From Myxococcota bacterium (GTDB lineage Bacteria; Myxococcota_A; SURF-8), in NCBI GenBank assembly GCA_963674735.2, contig CAXXQS010000002.1, positions 448,001 to 512,000 of the forward strand: a stretch of 64,000 nucleotides of DNA, written 5' to 3'. The notes below the pieces were generated by a model that had not been told where the DNA came from, did no database searches, and saw only the letters and a list, made by a program, of their open reading frames with translations. Positions 10,483-19,630 of the stretch are shown one piece after another; the first letter of the stretch is position 1; each line of letters begins with the position of its first letter. A program made the position numbers and the translations under genes.

Positions 10483-11589
10483 ATGTTAAAAAAATTCTTC
10501 GGTTTCTCCAATAATCTGTTCGTCAATAGTTACAAGCTGATGGGATTCGTGGTGCTCAGCGCCATTCTCCTCGGTATTGTCAGCTATTTGACCTTGAGCC
10601 TGTTCTACCTGTTCGACCGCGAGTGGATCGCCCCGATCATTTTATCGCCCAGTTCGGAACGGGTGATTCAGATGAACAGCCAGCTTGTGCAGCAGAAGTA
10701 CAATCGCGACAAGCTGAAAGTCGAGCGCATAACGCTCGAAATGCAGCTGAATCTGATCGAACGCACCATCGCGGTCAACAGCGAATTCCAAAACCGCTTC
10801 AAGTCGGCCGTCACCTCGGATTTGCAGGCCAAGCAGAAAGAACTACGCGGCTTGCAAAGTCTGTACGCCGAGTATCGCGCCACTAAAAAGCAGGTGGTCG
10901 AGGCCAACAAGGCCTTCGAGCGGCTCAACGAAACGGATCTGCAAAAAGATCTCGCCGCCGGACTGATCGAGGAAGAGGTTTACGTTCGCAACAAGTATGC
11001 CCTCTCGCAAAACATCAGCCAGCAAATCAGTTACGAGCAAAAACAGCTCGAATTCGAGTCGCGTACCATCGAACTTGGCCGCCGTATCGAAGCGTTAAAA
11101 GCGCTGGACGAAAAACTGGGCCGACAGACACCGGCAAACGGCGATTCATCGAGCTACGAAGTCCTGCTGATGGAACAGGAATATCAGCGGTCGCTTCTGG
11201 AAATGGAAGAACTGACCGCGCAGAAAATCCCCATCGAAAAGCAGATCGCCTTGCTCGATTCCTCTCTGACCGAATACGACAAAATCCTCGGTACGATTAC
11301 CCTGTCGCCTTACTACAAGGCGATGAACGAAAAGATTTCCATCGCCTTCGTGCCTTACTCCAATCTCCAAAACGTCAAGGCCGGCGCACCGATTTACGGC
11401 TGCTCGCTGGAATTGATCTGGTGTCGCGAGGTTGGATCGGTACGGCAGGTGCTCGACGGCGAGGTATCGGCCCGGCATCCGATGTTTTCGAGCGATTTGC
11501 GCGGGGTGATGGTGGAAATCGAACTCAAAGACATGGCGTGGGCCGAAGAAAAAGCACTGCACGTCGATTCCCGGCCCTTGTTGATCTAA
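10483..11589 (+). CDS. Single-TM periplasmic coiled-coil protein (membrane-fusion/adaptor-like)
   Basis: One N-terminal TM helix, long heptad-rich helical region, C-terminal beta-rich domain with CSLELIWC; RBS GGAGAGG. Confidence 0.7.
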   Translation: MLKKFFGFSNNLFVNSYKLMGFVVLSAILLGIVSYLTLSLFYLFDREWIAPIILSPSSERVIQMNSQLVQQKYNRDKLKVERITLEMQLNLIERTIAVNSEFQNRFKSAVTSDLQAKQKELRGLQSLYAEYRATKKQVVEANKAFERLNETDLQKDLAAGLIEEEVYVRNKYALSQNISQQISYEQKQLEFESRTIELGRRIEALKALDEKLGRQTPANGDSSSYEVLLMEQEYQRSLLEMEELTAQKIPIEKQIALLDSSLTEYDKILGTITLSPYYKAMNEKISIAFVPYSNLQNVKAGAPIYGCSLELIWCREVGSVRQVLDGEVSARHPMFSSDLRGVMVEIELKDMAWAEEKALHVDSRPLLI

Positions 11590-11728
11590 AGTCGCTCGGG
11601 TCGTGTCCCGCCCGGAAAGTTTTGGCGAACACTCGCATCACACCGAAAAACCGGATATAATCCGCCGCATCGAAGAATTCGTCGGATCCGCATCGGACCC
11701 GGAGCCCACGCGCAAGGGGAGAGTACGT

Positions 11729-12877
11729 ATGACAATCGCACAGCTACGTTGGATATGCGGCCTGCTGGTCGGCCTCATCATCGGATCGATTCCATTTGCG
11801 GGATGGGCCGAAGATAATTCCGAGAGACCGTTGACCGTCCGCCGCACGCTGTCGGAGCCGCCCGGATATTGCGACTGGGTGATCGGAAGCACCGACTCCG
11901 AACGAGCCAAATTGCTATACCCCGAACTCTATTCCACAGTCGGGCCGGTTTCCAACGGTGACGAAGATTCCGGCGATGAAAACTCGATACTCGACAAGCT
12001 GGCCATGCGCCTGACCATCGGCTTGCAGTACCGTTTTATCAATCTATACAAAGGCGTCATGATGGGTCGCCGGGCCGGGGCCGAATGTCTGCGCTACCGC
12101 GCCCAGGCCGCCTTGCAAGCCGCTTTGGCCACCGGTAACGACTGGGGCCGCCTGGAAGCCCTGGAAGCGCAGGCCCGCGTGCTCGACGACGCCCTGCCCG
12201 AGGCCGCCGCCCAACTCGACCATCTCTACGAGCAACTCGCCAACAATCTGGTAACCGTCGAAGAACTTTATGCCGCCCAGCTCAAGGTGGACACTCTCAA
12301 GCAAATGCGCAGCCGCGTCAGCGCCGACCACGAACGCTTGTCCAATCAGCCCGCTCCACCCAGCGAATCCCTCGAAGCGATCATTCAACGTTACGAGCAG
12401 GCCGACGACGCCGTGGAGGCGCGTTCAGCCGATATCCGCCGTTCCGAAGTCTGGGCGCTGGATATCAAGGGTGGTTACGATCAGACTTTCGGGAACCAAA
12501 AGGAAGTCCCGCTGTTCGCCCAGCTCAAAGTGTCGTTCAATTTCGGCGCTTTCGCCCAGCCCTCCGCCGAGCGTCGTGCGGCTGCGGGCCGGAAACGCTG
12601 GCGCGCGGAAAGCCCGGACGCCATCGGGGTGAAGCTGGCCGAGTTGCGTCACAATCTGGCAACGGCGCTGCATGCCGAACGCCGCCGCCTGGACGACGTG
12701 GGAGCCTTGGCCGACGAGTTGCAACAGCGGCTCAACACCCTGGAACGCATCCAAACCGAAAAAAGCCGTCAACTGCGCGACCTGCTGTGGCTCGATTACG
12801 TGCGCATGGACGCCGAACGCGAATACCTGCGCCTGCACGTCAAGCAGCTCGAAACCGTGGTGGGCGACAACGGTTGA
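11729..12877 (+). CDS. Exported helical protein, possibly TolC/outer-membrane-efflux-like
   Basis: Signal peptide after RBS AAGGGGAGA; two repeats of [beta hairpin + long helices] (MRLTIGLQYRF; WALDIKGGYDQ...FAQLKVSFNF), as in OEP-family proteins. Confidence 0.55.
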   Translation: MTIAQLRWICGLLVGLIIGSIPFAGWAEDNSERPLTVRRTLSEPPGYCDWVIGSTDSERAKLLYPELYSTVGPVSNGDEDSGDENSILDKLAMRLTIGLQYRFINLYKGVMMGRRAGAECLRYRAQAALQAALATGNDWGRLEALEAQARVLDDALPEAAAQLDHLYEQLANNLVTVEELYAAQLKVDTLKQMRSRVSADHERLSNQPAPPSESLEAIIQRYEQADDAVEARSADIRRSEVWALDIKGGYDQTFGNQKEVPLFAQLKVSFNFGAFAQPSAERRAAAGRKRWRAESPDAIGVKLAELRHNLATALHAERRRLDDVGALADELQQRLNTLERIQTEKSRQLRDLLWLDYVRMDAEREYLRLHVKQLETVVGDNG

Positions 12878-12931
12878 TACACCTACCGGAGCGCATCTCC
12901 GACGGGTTCCCTCCTACCGAATAAAGAGAAA

Positions 12932-12990
12932 ATCGCGGATAAGAAGAAGCGTCCCCGCTATCCGATCAACGGCAGCACCTGCGGGACGAT
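12932..12990. repeat. 59-bp direct repeat, copy 1 (displaced 3' end of lipid kinase gene)
   Basis: ATCGCGGATAAGAAGAAGCGTCCCCGCTATCCGATCAACGGCAGCACCTGCGGGACGAT; 57/59 identical to 14934-14992. Confidence 0.95.
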
Positions 12991-12998
12991 AAGAACAC

Positions 12999-13481
12999 TC
13001 ACAATCTTAACGTTTCATCAAGGGCTATTACTACTTCTTTACCAAGCCTGTATGCTTTTATTGCCTCGTCAAATGTGGCCTGGTTAGGTGGATTCCCGGC
13101 ATGAACAAATTCATTTCTCCATGTAATAAGATTCTTGTAATTTTCTTTCACGCTGCCGTCTTGAATGTTTTCTTCCTCTTTCCTATCCACTCTATTTTTG
13201 AAACTATCAACAAACTCGTCGCCAAAGCATTTTATATATTTTTCGATGTCATCTCTTGTAACATGACCATTTATCCTGTCGAAGTGTATGGATGCAAATA
13301 TACCCACCATTGGATGAGTCTCATTAGCAAATCTCTTCAAAAGGTGTTTCACATTTACTTCATATATTGTAACAGCCGAAACAGCGACAAAACCCACATA
13401 CCGAGATGTCACAAAGTCGTCCTCAATACCACTTACGACATGGATCATATGCTGCATAAATGAATCAGAGTCAGCAAACAC
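12999..13481 (-). CDS. HEPN-domain protein (putative RNase)
   Basis: 160 aa, helical, with an Rx4H motif (WRNEFVH) near the C-terminus and an upstream conserved-type E (VTIYE); 6 bp downstream of the DUF262 gene. Confidence 0.75.
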   Translation of the reverse strand: MFADSDSFMQHMIHVVSGIEDDFVTSRYVGFVAVSAVTIYEVNVKHLLKRFANETHPMVGIFASIHFDRINGHVTRDDIEKYIKCFGDEFVDSFKNRVDRKEEENIQDGSVKENYKNLITWRNEFVHAGNPPNQATFDEAIKAYRLGKEVVIALDETLRL

Positions 13482-13487
13482 AGGTCT

Positions 13488-14588
13488 CTACTCCGACATG
13501 CCCAGGAGGATTTTCCTCACCTCTTTAAATCGATTCCTAAGTGTAATGGTATCTTGTGTACCTGAACTGGTGTAATCATTATTGAACGCCTTATCCTGTT
13601 TAAGACTTCTATAATTTTTGGCTAATTCATCAGGCATGCTAGAGATATTTTTATAGATAGTGCAAAATACAGAGTCGAGATAGGCTGTGTTGATGGGACC
13701 CCGAACGTGAAAAGGTTTCTCTCCTAATCGTTCTATGATTTCTTTACATGCTAGAGGGAACTTCCCCCTAAATTCTTGTACGAATTCTGCTTGACCCTTC
13801 CTATTATTTTCCATGGCCTTATTGAGGAATTCTTTCATTGGCTTCTCATACGAACTCTCTCCTTTCTCGAGCAACGCAAAGAGGCGAAGAACCAACTCTA
13901 CATCTTTTTGGTATTTGTCAAGATCCTTTTTACCAATGATTTTACGCCAGTTCTTATCATCATTTAGTTGTCTCAAAACAGAAACAAATTCACCGGTGAA
14001 GACACAGTTGCGGATTTCCTGTGGTTTTAGCGATGTTCCACCCGTATTCAACCTTGCAAAAATGTGATATACACTGGTGTTCTTTTCGGCGGGATTGATC
14101 TGCCGAATGTTGATTGCTCGCAGGACACTGCCCTCAATCTTCCTCCGGTCCGATTCCGAGAATTCCTTGAACGTTTTTTTTGCATATCGAATATTATCGT
14201 TGAGTCCCTTGAGAGAAAATACCTTCCGTTTTCCATGCTCTTCGTTTCCGAAATATCCTTCAAAGAAGGAAAATATGCTCAAAAGCCGTTGCTGGCCATC
14301 GATGACAAGGTATTTGCTATCTTCTTGAAGGTATAGGAATACGGGGGGGACTGGTAACCCCATTAAAAATGAGTCTATAAGCAGCGATGCCTGTTCGATA
14401 CTCCACACAAATTCTCTCTGGAAATCCGGAATGACAATGCTTCCTTTTTTCCATTGTAAGTAGAGACCTTCTAATGTGAAATCAGAAGGATAAGAAGCAA
14501 TATCGTATTCTATGAAAGCTTCATTTTCCTGTTCCTGATTTTCTATTTCCATATCGTCTGAATGGAGGACCGTATTACCATCGATCAT
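13488..14588 (-). CDS. DUF262 (GmrS/ParB-like) domain protein
   Basis: IPDFQREFVW, VIDGQQRL and IFARLNTGG motifs; RBS AAGGAGG; no C-terminal HNH seen. Confidence 0.9.
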   Translation of the reverse strand: MIDGNTVLHSDDMEIENQEQENEAFIEYDIASYPSDFTLEGLYLQWKKGSIVIPDFQREFVWSIEQASLLIDSFLMGLPVPPVFLYLQEDSKYLVIDGQQRLLSIFSFFEGYFGNEEHGKRKVFSLKGLNDNIRYAKKTFKEFSESDRRKIEGSVLRAINIRQINPAEKNTSVYHIFARLNTGGTSLKPQEIRNCVFTGEFVSVLRQLNDDKNWRKIIGKKDLDKYQKDVELVLRLFALLEKGESSYEKPMKEFLNKAMENNRKGQAEFVQEFRGKFPLACKEIIERLGEKPFHVRGPINTAYLDSVFCTIYKNISSMPDELAKNYRSLKQDKAFNNDYTSSGTQDTITLRNRFKEVRKILLGMSE

Positions 14589-14933
14589 CGAATCCTCCTT
14601 GAGGCCACTTGAGAAAATTTGGTTACAGCAAGCTCACACAACATGTCGGTGTATTGATTCATGATATGCCTATTCCCAGTAATGGAATCTATAGTGGCAA
14701 TTCTATCAAGCCAAAATCCATCGTAAAACCAAACAACTGCCTAATATAATTATTGTTCTATTACATCTGGCAAGGTGGGTCAAGTTCAGAATTGTGGTTT
14801 ACCTATAAAAGGTCAATTAAGAAGGGAAGAACACTCTGTTCCTTTGAAACAATCGCCATAATCTCACGAGCGACGTACAGCCGCGTTCTACCCCTGCCCA
14901 AGCGCGTCTCCGACGGATACCCCTCTATTAAAG

Positions 14934-14992
14934 ATCGCGGATAAGAAGAAGCTTCCCCGCTACCCGATCAACGGCAGCACCTGCGGGACGAT
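14934..14992. repeat. 59-bp direct repeat, copy 2 (intact gene end)
   Basis: Encodes IVPQVLPLIG-stop of the lipid kinase plus 26 bp downstream. Confidence 0.95.
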
Positions 14993-15898
14993 GTCGAAGC
15001 GGCAAGGCAGGCGGCCGGGCTGCTCGCCGTCCATGTCGATCAGAATACGCGCCTCCGGATCCTCCGGTTCGGCGATGATCGTGCGGGCGCGATGCAGGGA
15101 AATTTTGGGTTTGGACAGATGTTGGCCGGTGTAGATGCTCGACCCTTGCATGAGCATATCCATGCGACTCATGTCGCCCATGATCACCACGTCGAACAAG
15201 CCGTCGTCCAATTCGGCGTCGGGAGCCATCATCATGCCGCCACCGAAGAAACGTCCGTTGGCCACCGACACGATGCGCACCGGCAGGGTTTCGTCGAAAG
15301 CCTCGTCCAGGCGCAGATGGACGCGCTGGTTGCGATAGGCCAGAAGCGCGCGCAAAGTGCCCATGAGAAAGCTCGCCTTGCCGCCCAAAGCCTTGGTGGT
15401 CGTATTGACCAGATGATCCACCAACCCGCTCATACCGAAGCTGGTGATGTTGATAAACATGGAATGCCGTTCGATGTCCTCGTGATCGATATAGCTGAAA
15501 CGGCCCAGATCGATGCGGCGCGTGTCCATTTTTTTGAAACGTGCGATGGCCTCCTCCAGCTCGGTTCCCCAACCGAAACTTTTCCTAAAATCCCCTCCCG
15601 TACCGCGGCAGATAAAGCCGAAGGCGCAGTCGGGATTGATCAGCTTGTCGCCGTCAAACAGGCCGTTGACCACCTCGTTGTTGGTGCCGTCCCCTCCCAC
15701 GGCGATAACGGCGTCGTAGCCGGTCGCCGCCGCTTCGGCAGCGATGGTAGTGGCTTCGCGTGGCTGAGTGGTGAAACGCCAGTCGAAAGGTCCGATGGCA
15801 TCGCGCAACTGCGCTTCCATTTCCTGCCATACGCGACGCGTGCTGCCATTGGCGGAGTGGGGGTTAACGACAACATACACTTTGCGGTCGATCGCCAT
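14960..15898 (-). CDS. Diacylglycerol kinase-family lipid kinase (YegS/Rv2252/BmrU)
   Basis: VVNPHSANG, GGDGTNNEVVNG, RGTGGDF, ANGRFFGGGM, DGE motifs. Confidence 0.9.
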   Translation of the reverse strand: MAIDRKVYVVVNPHSANGSTRRVWQEMEAQLRDAIGPFDWRFTTQPREATTIAAEAAATGYDAVIAVGGDGTNNEVVNGLFDGDKLINPDCAFGFICRGTGGDFRKSFGWGTELEEAIARFKKMDTRRIDLGRFSYIDHEDIERHSMFINITSFGMSGLVDHLVNTTTKALGGKASFLMGTLRALLAYRNQRVHLRLDEAFDETLPVRIVSVANGRFFGGGMMMAPDAELDDGLFDVVIMGDMSRMDMLMQGSSIYTGQHLSKPKISLHRARTIIAEPEDPEARILIDMDGEQPGRLPCRFDIVPQVLPLIG

Positions 15899-15918
15899 GT
15901 GGGGCTCCTTTTTAAAAG

Positions 15919-17040
15919 CTAGCGGGCGGCGAGGCCGTGGTCGATCAGTTCAGTCAAGGTCCGGACTTCCACGTCGTCCGGCTCGCGCGCGGCAGCCAGG
16001 TGGGCGGCGCTGGGCGAGGATGCGGTTACAAGCAGGTCGGCTCTCACTTCACGTGCCTGACGCAGGCGTTCTTTGGCAATATCCCGAGCGACCTCAGGGT
16101 GGGTGAAAGGGAAACAGCCCGTGCTTCCGGCAGGATAAGCTGAAGATCCGCTCCACACCGGTTCCACCATCGCGTTTTCGAGCAGACGGTCGAGAATCTC
16201 CCGTGGCTGCTTGGTAATCCCGAGAAAACGGCCCAGGTAGCTCGGATCGTGGTAGGTCGCAATCTGGCCGACTCGGCGCGCCAGGCTGCTGTTTCGCAGG
16301 TAGGGGGCCAAAAATTCGACGAGGTGCTGCACGCGTCCCGACAGATCGAAACCGAACTCGGCGAACAACACTTTCAACGTGTAGGCGGCTTCGGCGCTCG
16401 GGGTGACGATCAGCTTGTGGCCCGCCAGGCCTTCGAACAGACGCTTGGCATGGGCAGCGAACTCGTCGATAAAGCCCGCGCGATAGAGCGCCAGACCGGC
16501 GTCGCACTCGCGCCCCCCGTAGATGGCCATAAATTCGATGCGCAGCTTGGCAAAGATCGAAAAGGCGGCACGGATTTCCTGCGGACGTTCGAGAATCGTG
16601 CGCGCGTCGGCGTAAAACACGGCTTGCGCATCCGCTTCGAAATGCCCTTCATCGAGGATATGGCGCAGCGGTCCCGCACAATCGCGACCGTACGGATGAC
16701 CGTAGCGGGCGTAGCTCTCGCGCAAGACGGTGAGCGCGGGCAGCACCACCCCTCGCTGGATGAGCCAGGATCGGACGGCGGTCAGCGCCTCGCCCACCAG
16801 ATTTTCGTGTTTGCAATACGTGGTGCAGAGTTGGCATCCCAGGCAATGATACAACGGCTCGGCCGTATCGGCGTCAAGCGGGATCATCTCCTTGCGCAAC
16901 AGGTTGGCTAAGGTCATTTTGGCCCAAGGATTCACCGACTCGCTGTGTTCGGCATTGGAGACCGGGCACGAAAAAGCGCACAGTTTCGGGCAGTAGGTAC
17001 AGTAATCGAATTCCTGAACGTGATCGTGAATGCTGCGCAT
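15919..17040 (-). CDS. Fe-S oxidoreductase subunit (GlpC/GlcF-like) with degenerate CCG domains
   Basis: CTYCPKLCAFSCP and CLGCQLCTTYC ferredoxin-like motifs; YHDPSYLGR. Confidence 0.75.
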   Translation of the reverse strand: MRSIHDHVQEFDYCTYCPKLCAFSCPVSNAEHSESVNPWAKMTLANLLRKEMIPLDADTAEPLYHCLGCQLCTTYCKHENLVGEALTAVRSWLIQRGVVLPALTVLRESYARYGHPYGRDCAGPLRHILDEGHFEADAQAVFYADARTILERPQEIRAAFSIFAKLRIEFMAIYGGRECDAGLALYRAGFIDEFAAHAKRLFEGLAGHKLIVTPSAEAAYTLKVLFAEFGFDLSGRVQHLVEFLAPYLRNSSLARRVGQIATYHDPSYLGRFLGITKQPREILDRLLENAMVEPVWSGSSAYPAGSTGCFPFTHPEVARDIAKERLRQAREVRADLLVTASSPSAAHLAAAREPDDVEVRTLTELIDHGLAAR

Positions 17041-17045
17041 GAACC

Positions 17046-18071
17046 TTACCCCAATCTCGCGGTCAAGCTGTCACTGAACAAAGACTCCCAGCGTTTGTCG
17101 ATGCGGCCGTTAAGCGGACGCAGTTCGCGAATGACGGCCCGATGCTCCACCAACTGATGCAGCACATCTTCCGTTTCGCGGGCAATCAGCGTACGATCGC
17201 GCTCGCCCTCATACGAAAGCAGGCGCAACGACAACAAGGCCGATTCATGCATCAGACCGGTGAGGGTCGTTTGCAGGGTGTAAATGCCGCCGCTGCGGCG
17301 TTCGAGGCTTTCGAACAGCGGCATGAGTTTCGACCAGGTCGTGGCGGCGTGAAGGATGACTTCGGATGATTCGTTTTCTTTGAGATCCACCCATAACGGC
17401 GGAAATTGCTCGGCATTGAAGTAGTGAGGCGGCAGATCGGCCATCAGCCGCGTCCCGCGCAGGGCGTCCAGTTTGGTGACCATGCGCCCGAAACGGAACT
17501 CGACCTCTTCCTCGCCGCCTTCGTAACCGACAACCAGCAGGCTGCGGCGTTCGCGTTCGCCGAAAAGCGCACGCACCGACTCGGGACCGAACAGGCGAAC
17601 CAGTTGCGGCCGGTTGCGTGCGTGGGTTTCGTCGCGCAGCAGATCGACCGCTTCATCCAGAAAGTCGAGCAGGTAAACGGCCCGGCGTCCGGCTTCGGGC
17701 TGATCGTGCACCCGCAACGTCGCGCCGACGATCCGGGCGTGGCGGTCGTGGTCGCCGCACAACAGGTAACGCAAATCGGGGCCGGCCGCAGAGCGGGGAG
17801 ATAAGAAAGTCTCGGCTTTCTGCCCGTCCGGCAGCTCCACTTGGACTGCCGCCACCAGGTCGTGCACCCCGCCGTATTTCAAGTAGGGGCCCAAGGCGCA
17901 CTCCCCTTTCAGATAATCGGAGAGGGGAGCGGGATCGCCGTCCAAGCCGTCCAGACCCAGAGTCAGCCGATGCGCGGCCAGAGCGGCTTCAATGGCGGCA
18001 GGGGTGTCGGCCGCGTTGACCGTGGCCAGTTTGGAAAAAGCGTCCAACTGCAGGAAGGAGGCATTTTTCAT
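17046..18071 (-). CDS. FAD-linked oxidase subunit (GlcE-like, degenerate)
   Basis: YGGVHDLVAAVQVELPDG, PRSAAGPDLRYLLCG, IVGATLRV; start MKNASF overlaps the upstream stop. Confidence 0.7.
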   Translation of the reverse strand: MKNASFLQLDAFSKLATVNAADTPAAIEAALAAHRLTLGLDGLDGDPAPLSDYLKGECALGPYLKYGGVHDLVAAVQVELPDGQKAETFLSPRSAAGPDLRYLLCGDHDRHARIVGATLRVHDQPEAGRRAVYLLDFLDEAVDLLRDETHARNRPQLVRLFGPESVRALFGERERRSLLVVGYEGGEEEVEFRFGRMVTKLDALRGTRLMADLPPHYFNAEQFPPLWVDLKENESSEVILHAATTWSKLMPLFESLERRSGGIYTLQTTLTGLMHESALLSLRLLSYEGERDRTLIARETEDVLHQLVEHRAVIRELRPLNGRIDKRWESLFSDSLTARLG

Positions 18072-19630
18072 GGTTTCATCCCCAGGTTTCCGGGATTCAT
18101 GATGCCGTTGGGATCGAGCGCCCCTTTGATTTGCCGACACAGCGGCCAAAGCGCCCCGAACTCGCGCGGTAGCATGAATCCCTTGCTGCGACCCACCCCA
18201 TGGTGATGGGTGAGGGTGCCGCGGTTGCGGTGAACGGCTTCGAGCGCCGTCTGCCAGACTTTCAGGTGATTGGCTTCCATGGCCGACGGATTATCGGCCG
18301 AGGCGGTCATACTGAAATAGATGCAACAGCCGTCGGGATAAGCGTGAGAGAAATGCGCCATGATGAAACACTGGTCGGCGACCGCCGCGCGCACGGCGTT
18401 GTATAGCGGGGTGACATCACGCCAGGTGGTGGCCACTTCCATGGTATCCACCCAGGCCCCCGCATCGAAGATTTTCGATTGCTTATAGCTGATGGCGTAG
18501 CGGTGCTCCATCCAGTAACGCGCCGGACCTTCCCCGGCGGATTGGCCGCGTGCGTCGCGGCAGATATCGCGCACCCGTTTGGCCTCGAAGGCGGCCAGGT
18601 CGGGTTCACCTTCGGTTATCACCACCAACAGACATTTGGGCGGCAAAAGACCAGTGGCTTTATTGAGCCAGCCGGGACGTTTGAGCGCCCGGTTGAGCGA
18701 GCTTTTTTTCAACATCTCGGCCAGATCGCCCAGACGCTGGGTCCACAGGCTGGGACGCGCGTCGGCGGCGTCCGGGTTGGAGCCGGGACCGTGGGTGGCG
18801 GCCACCACCGTATCGAACTCGTCGTACAGGCGCAGCACCGAAGGCTCCAGTCCGGCCTGCATGACGCGCCGCATGGCGTTCAGGCCTTCATCCACCCCGC
18901 GAAAATGAAAAGACAGATACTCGCGGTGCGCCGGGACCGGACTGATTTTCATCCAGGCGCGTGTGATAACTCCCAGGGTGCCCTCCGACCCGATGACGAT
19001 CTGGTTCCAGTCGATGCGCGAGGTGCCGATCTGGGCCATCGGCGTCCGATGGATGCTTCCGTCTGGCAACACCACCTCCAGACCGATCACCATATCTTCG
19101 ATCTTGCCGTAACGACTCGACATCTGTCCGGCCGAGCGGGCCGCGAGGTAGCCGCCCAAAGTGGAACAGTAGATGGATGAGGGAAAATGCCCCATGGTGA
19201 AGCCGCGCGGGTTGAGCTGGCGTTCGAGAATTTCGCCGTAGATGCCGGTTTCGATCTCGGCGATCATGGCGTCGCTATCGATGGACACGATGCGGTCCAT
19301 GCGGCGCATGTTGAGGATAACACCGCCCTGTTCGGGCAGGATACCCGCGCAGACGCCGGATCCGCCGCCGTAAGGAATCACCGGAATGCCTTCGCCGTTG
19401 CAATAGGCCAGAAGGCGTGAGACCTCTTCGGTGCAACCGGGACTCACCACCGCATCGGGCGGATGGGGAAAGTGGCCGCGTTTGGTCCACAGGACGGTTT
19501 GCGGCCACATATCGCGCGAGTAAAGCAGGCGGTCGTGAGTGGCGGTCGAGACGTGTTCGTGTCCGACAATGGCCGCCAGGGCGTCGACCCGCTGGTCGGA
19601 CAGTGCGGAGAGCTTGAGCGGTACAGCCAT
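18068..19630 (-). CDS. Alkyl-dihydroxyacetonephosphate synthase-like FAD oxidoreductase
   Basis: PYGGGSGV, GHFPSS, STLGGYLAARSAG, SSRYGKIED, GSEGTLGVIT, DTMEVA, HFSHAY, CIYF, HHHGVG, LDPNGIMNPG. Confidence 0.85.
   Translation of the reverse strand: MAVPLKLSALSDQRVDALAAIVGHEHVSTATHDRLLYSRDMWPQTVLWTKRGHFPHPPDAVVSPGCTEEVSRLLAYCNGEGIPVIPYGGGSGVCAGILPEQGGVILNMRRMDRIVSIDSDAMIAEIETGIYGEILERQLNPRGFTMGHFPSSIYCSTLGGYLAARSAGQMSSRYGKIEDMVIGLEVVLPDGSIHRTPMAQIGTSRIDWNQIVIGSEGTLGVITRAWMKISPVPAHREYLSFHFRGVDEGLNAMRRVMQAGLEPSVLRLYDEFDTVVAATHGPGSNPDAADARPSLWTQRLGDLAEMLKKSSLNRALKRPGWLNKATGLLPPKCLLVVITEGEPDLAAFEAKRVRDICRDARGQSAGEGPARYWMEHRYAISYKQSKIFDAGAWVDTMEVATTWRDVTPLYNAVRAAVADQCFIMAHFSHAYPDGCCIYFSMTASADNPSAMEANHLKVWQTALEAVHRNRGTLTHHHGVGRSKGFMLPREFGALWPLCRQIKGALDPNGIMNPGNLGMKP

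Larger units (their letters stand above)
12932..14992. mobile_element. Small AT-rich genomic islet inserted at the 3' end of the lipid kinase gene
   Basis: Low-GC interior bounded by 59-bp direct repeats; no integrase inside. Confidence 0.8.

Noticed and set aside
12991-14930. Integron cassette interpretation of the DUF262-HEPN islet
   Set aside because: No RYYYAAC...GTTRRRY attC structure found at the boundaries and no integron integrase in the window
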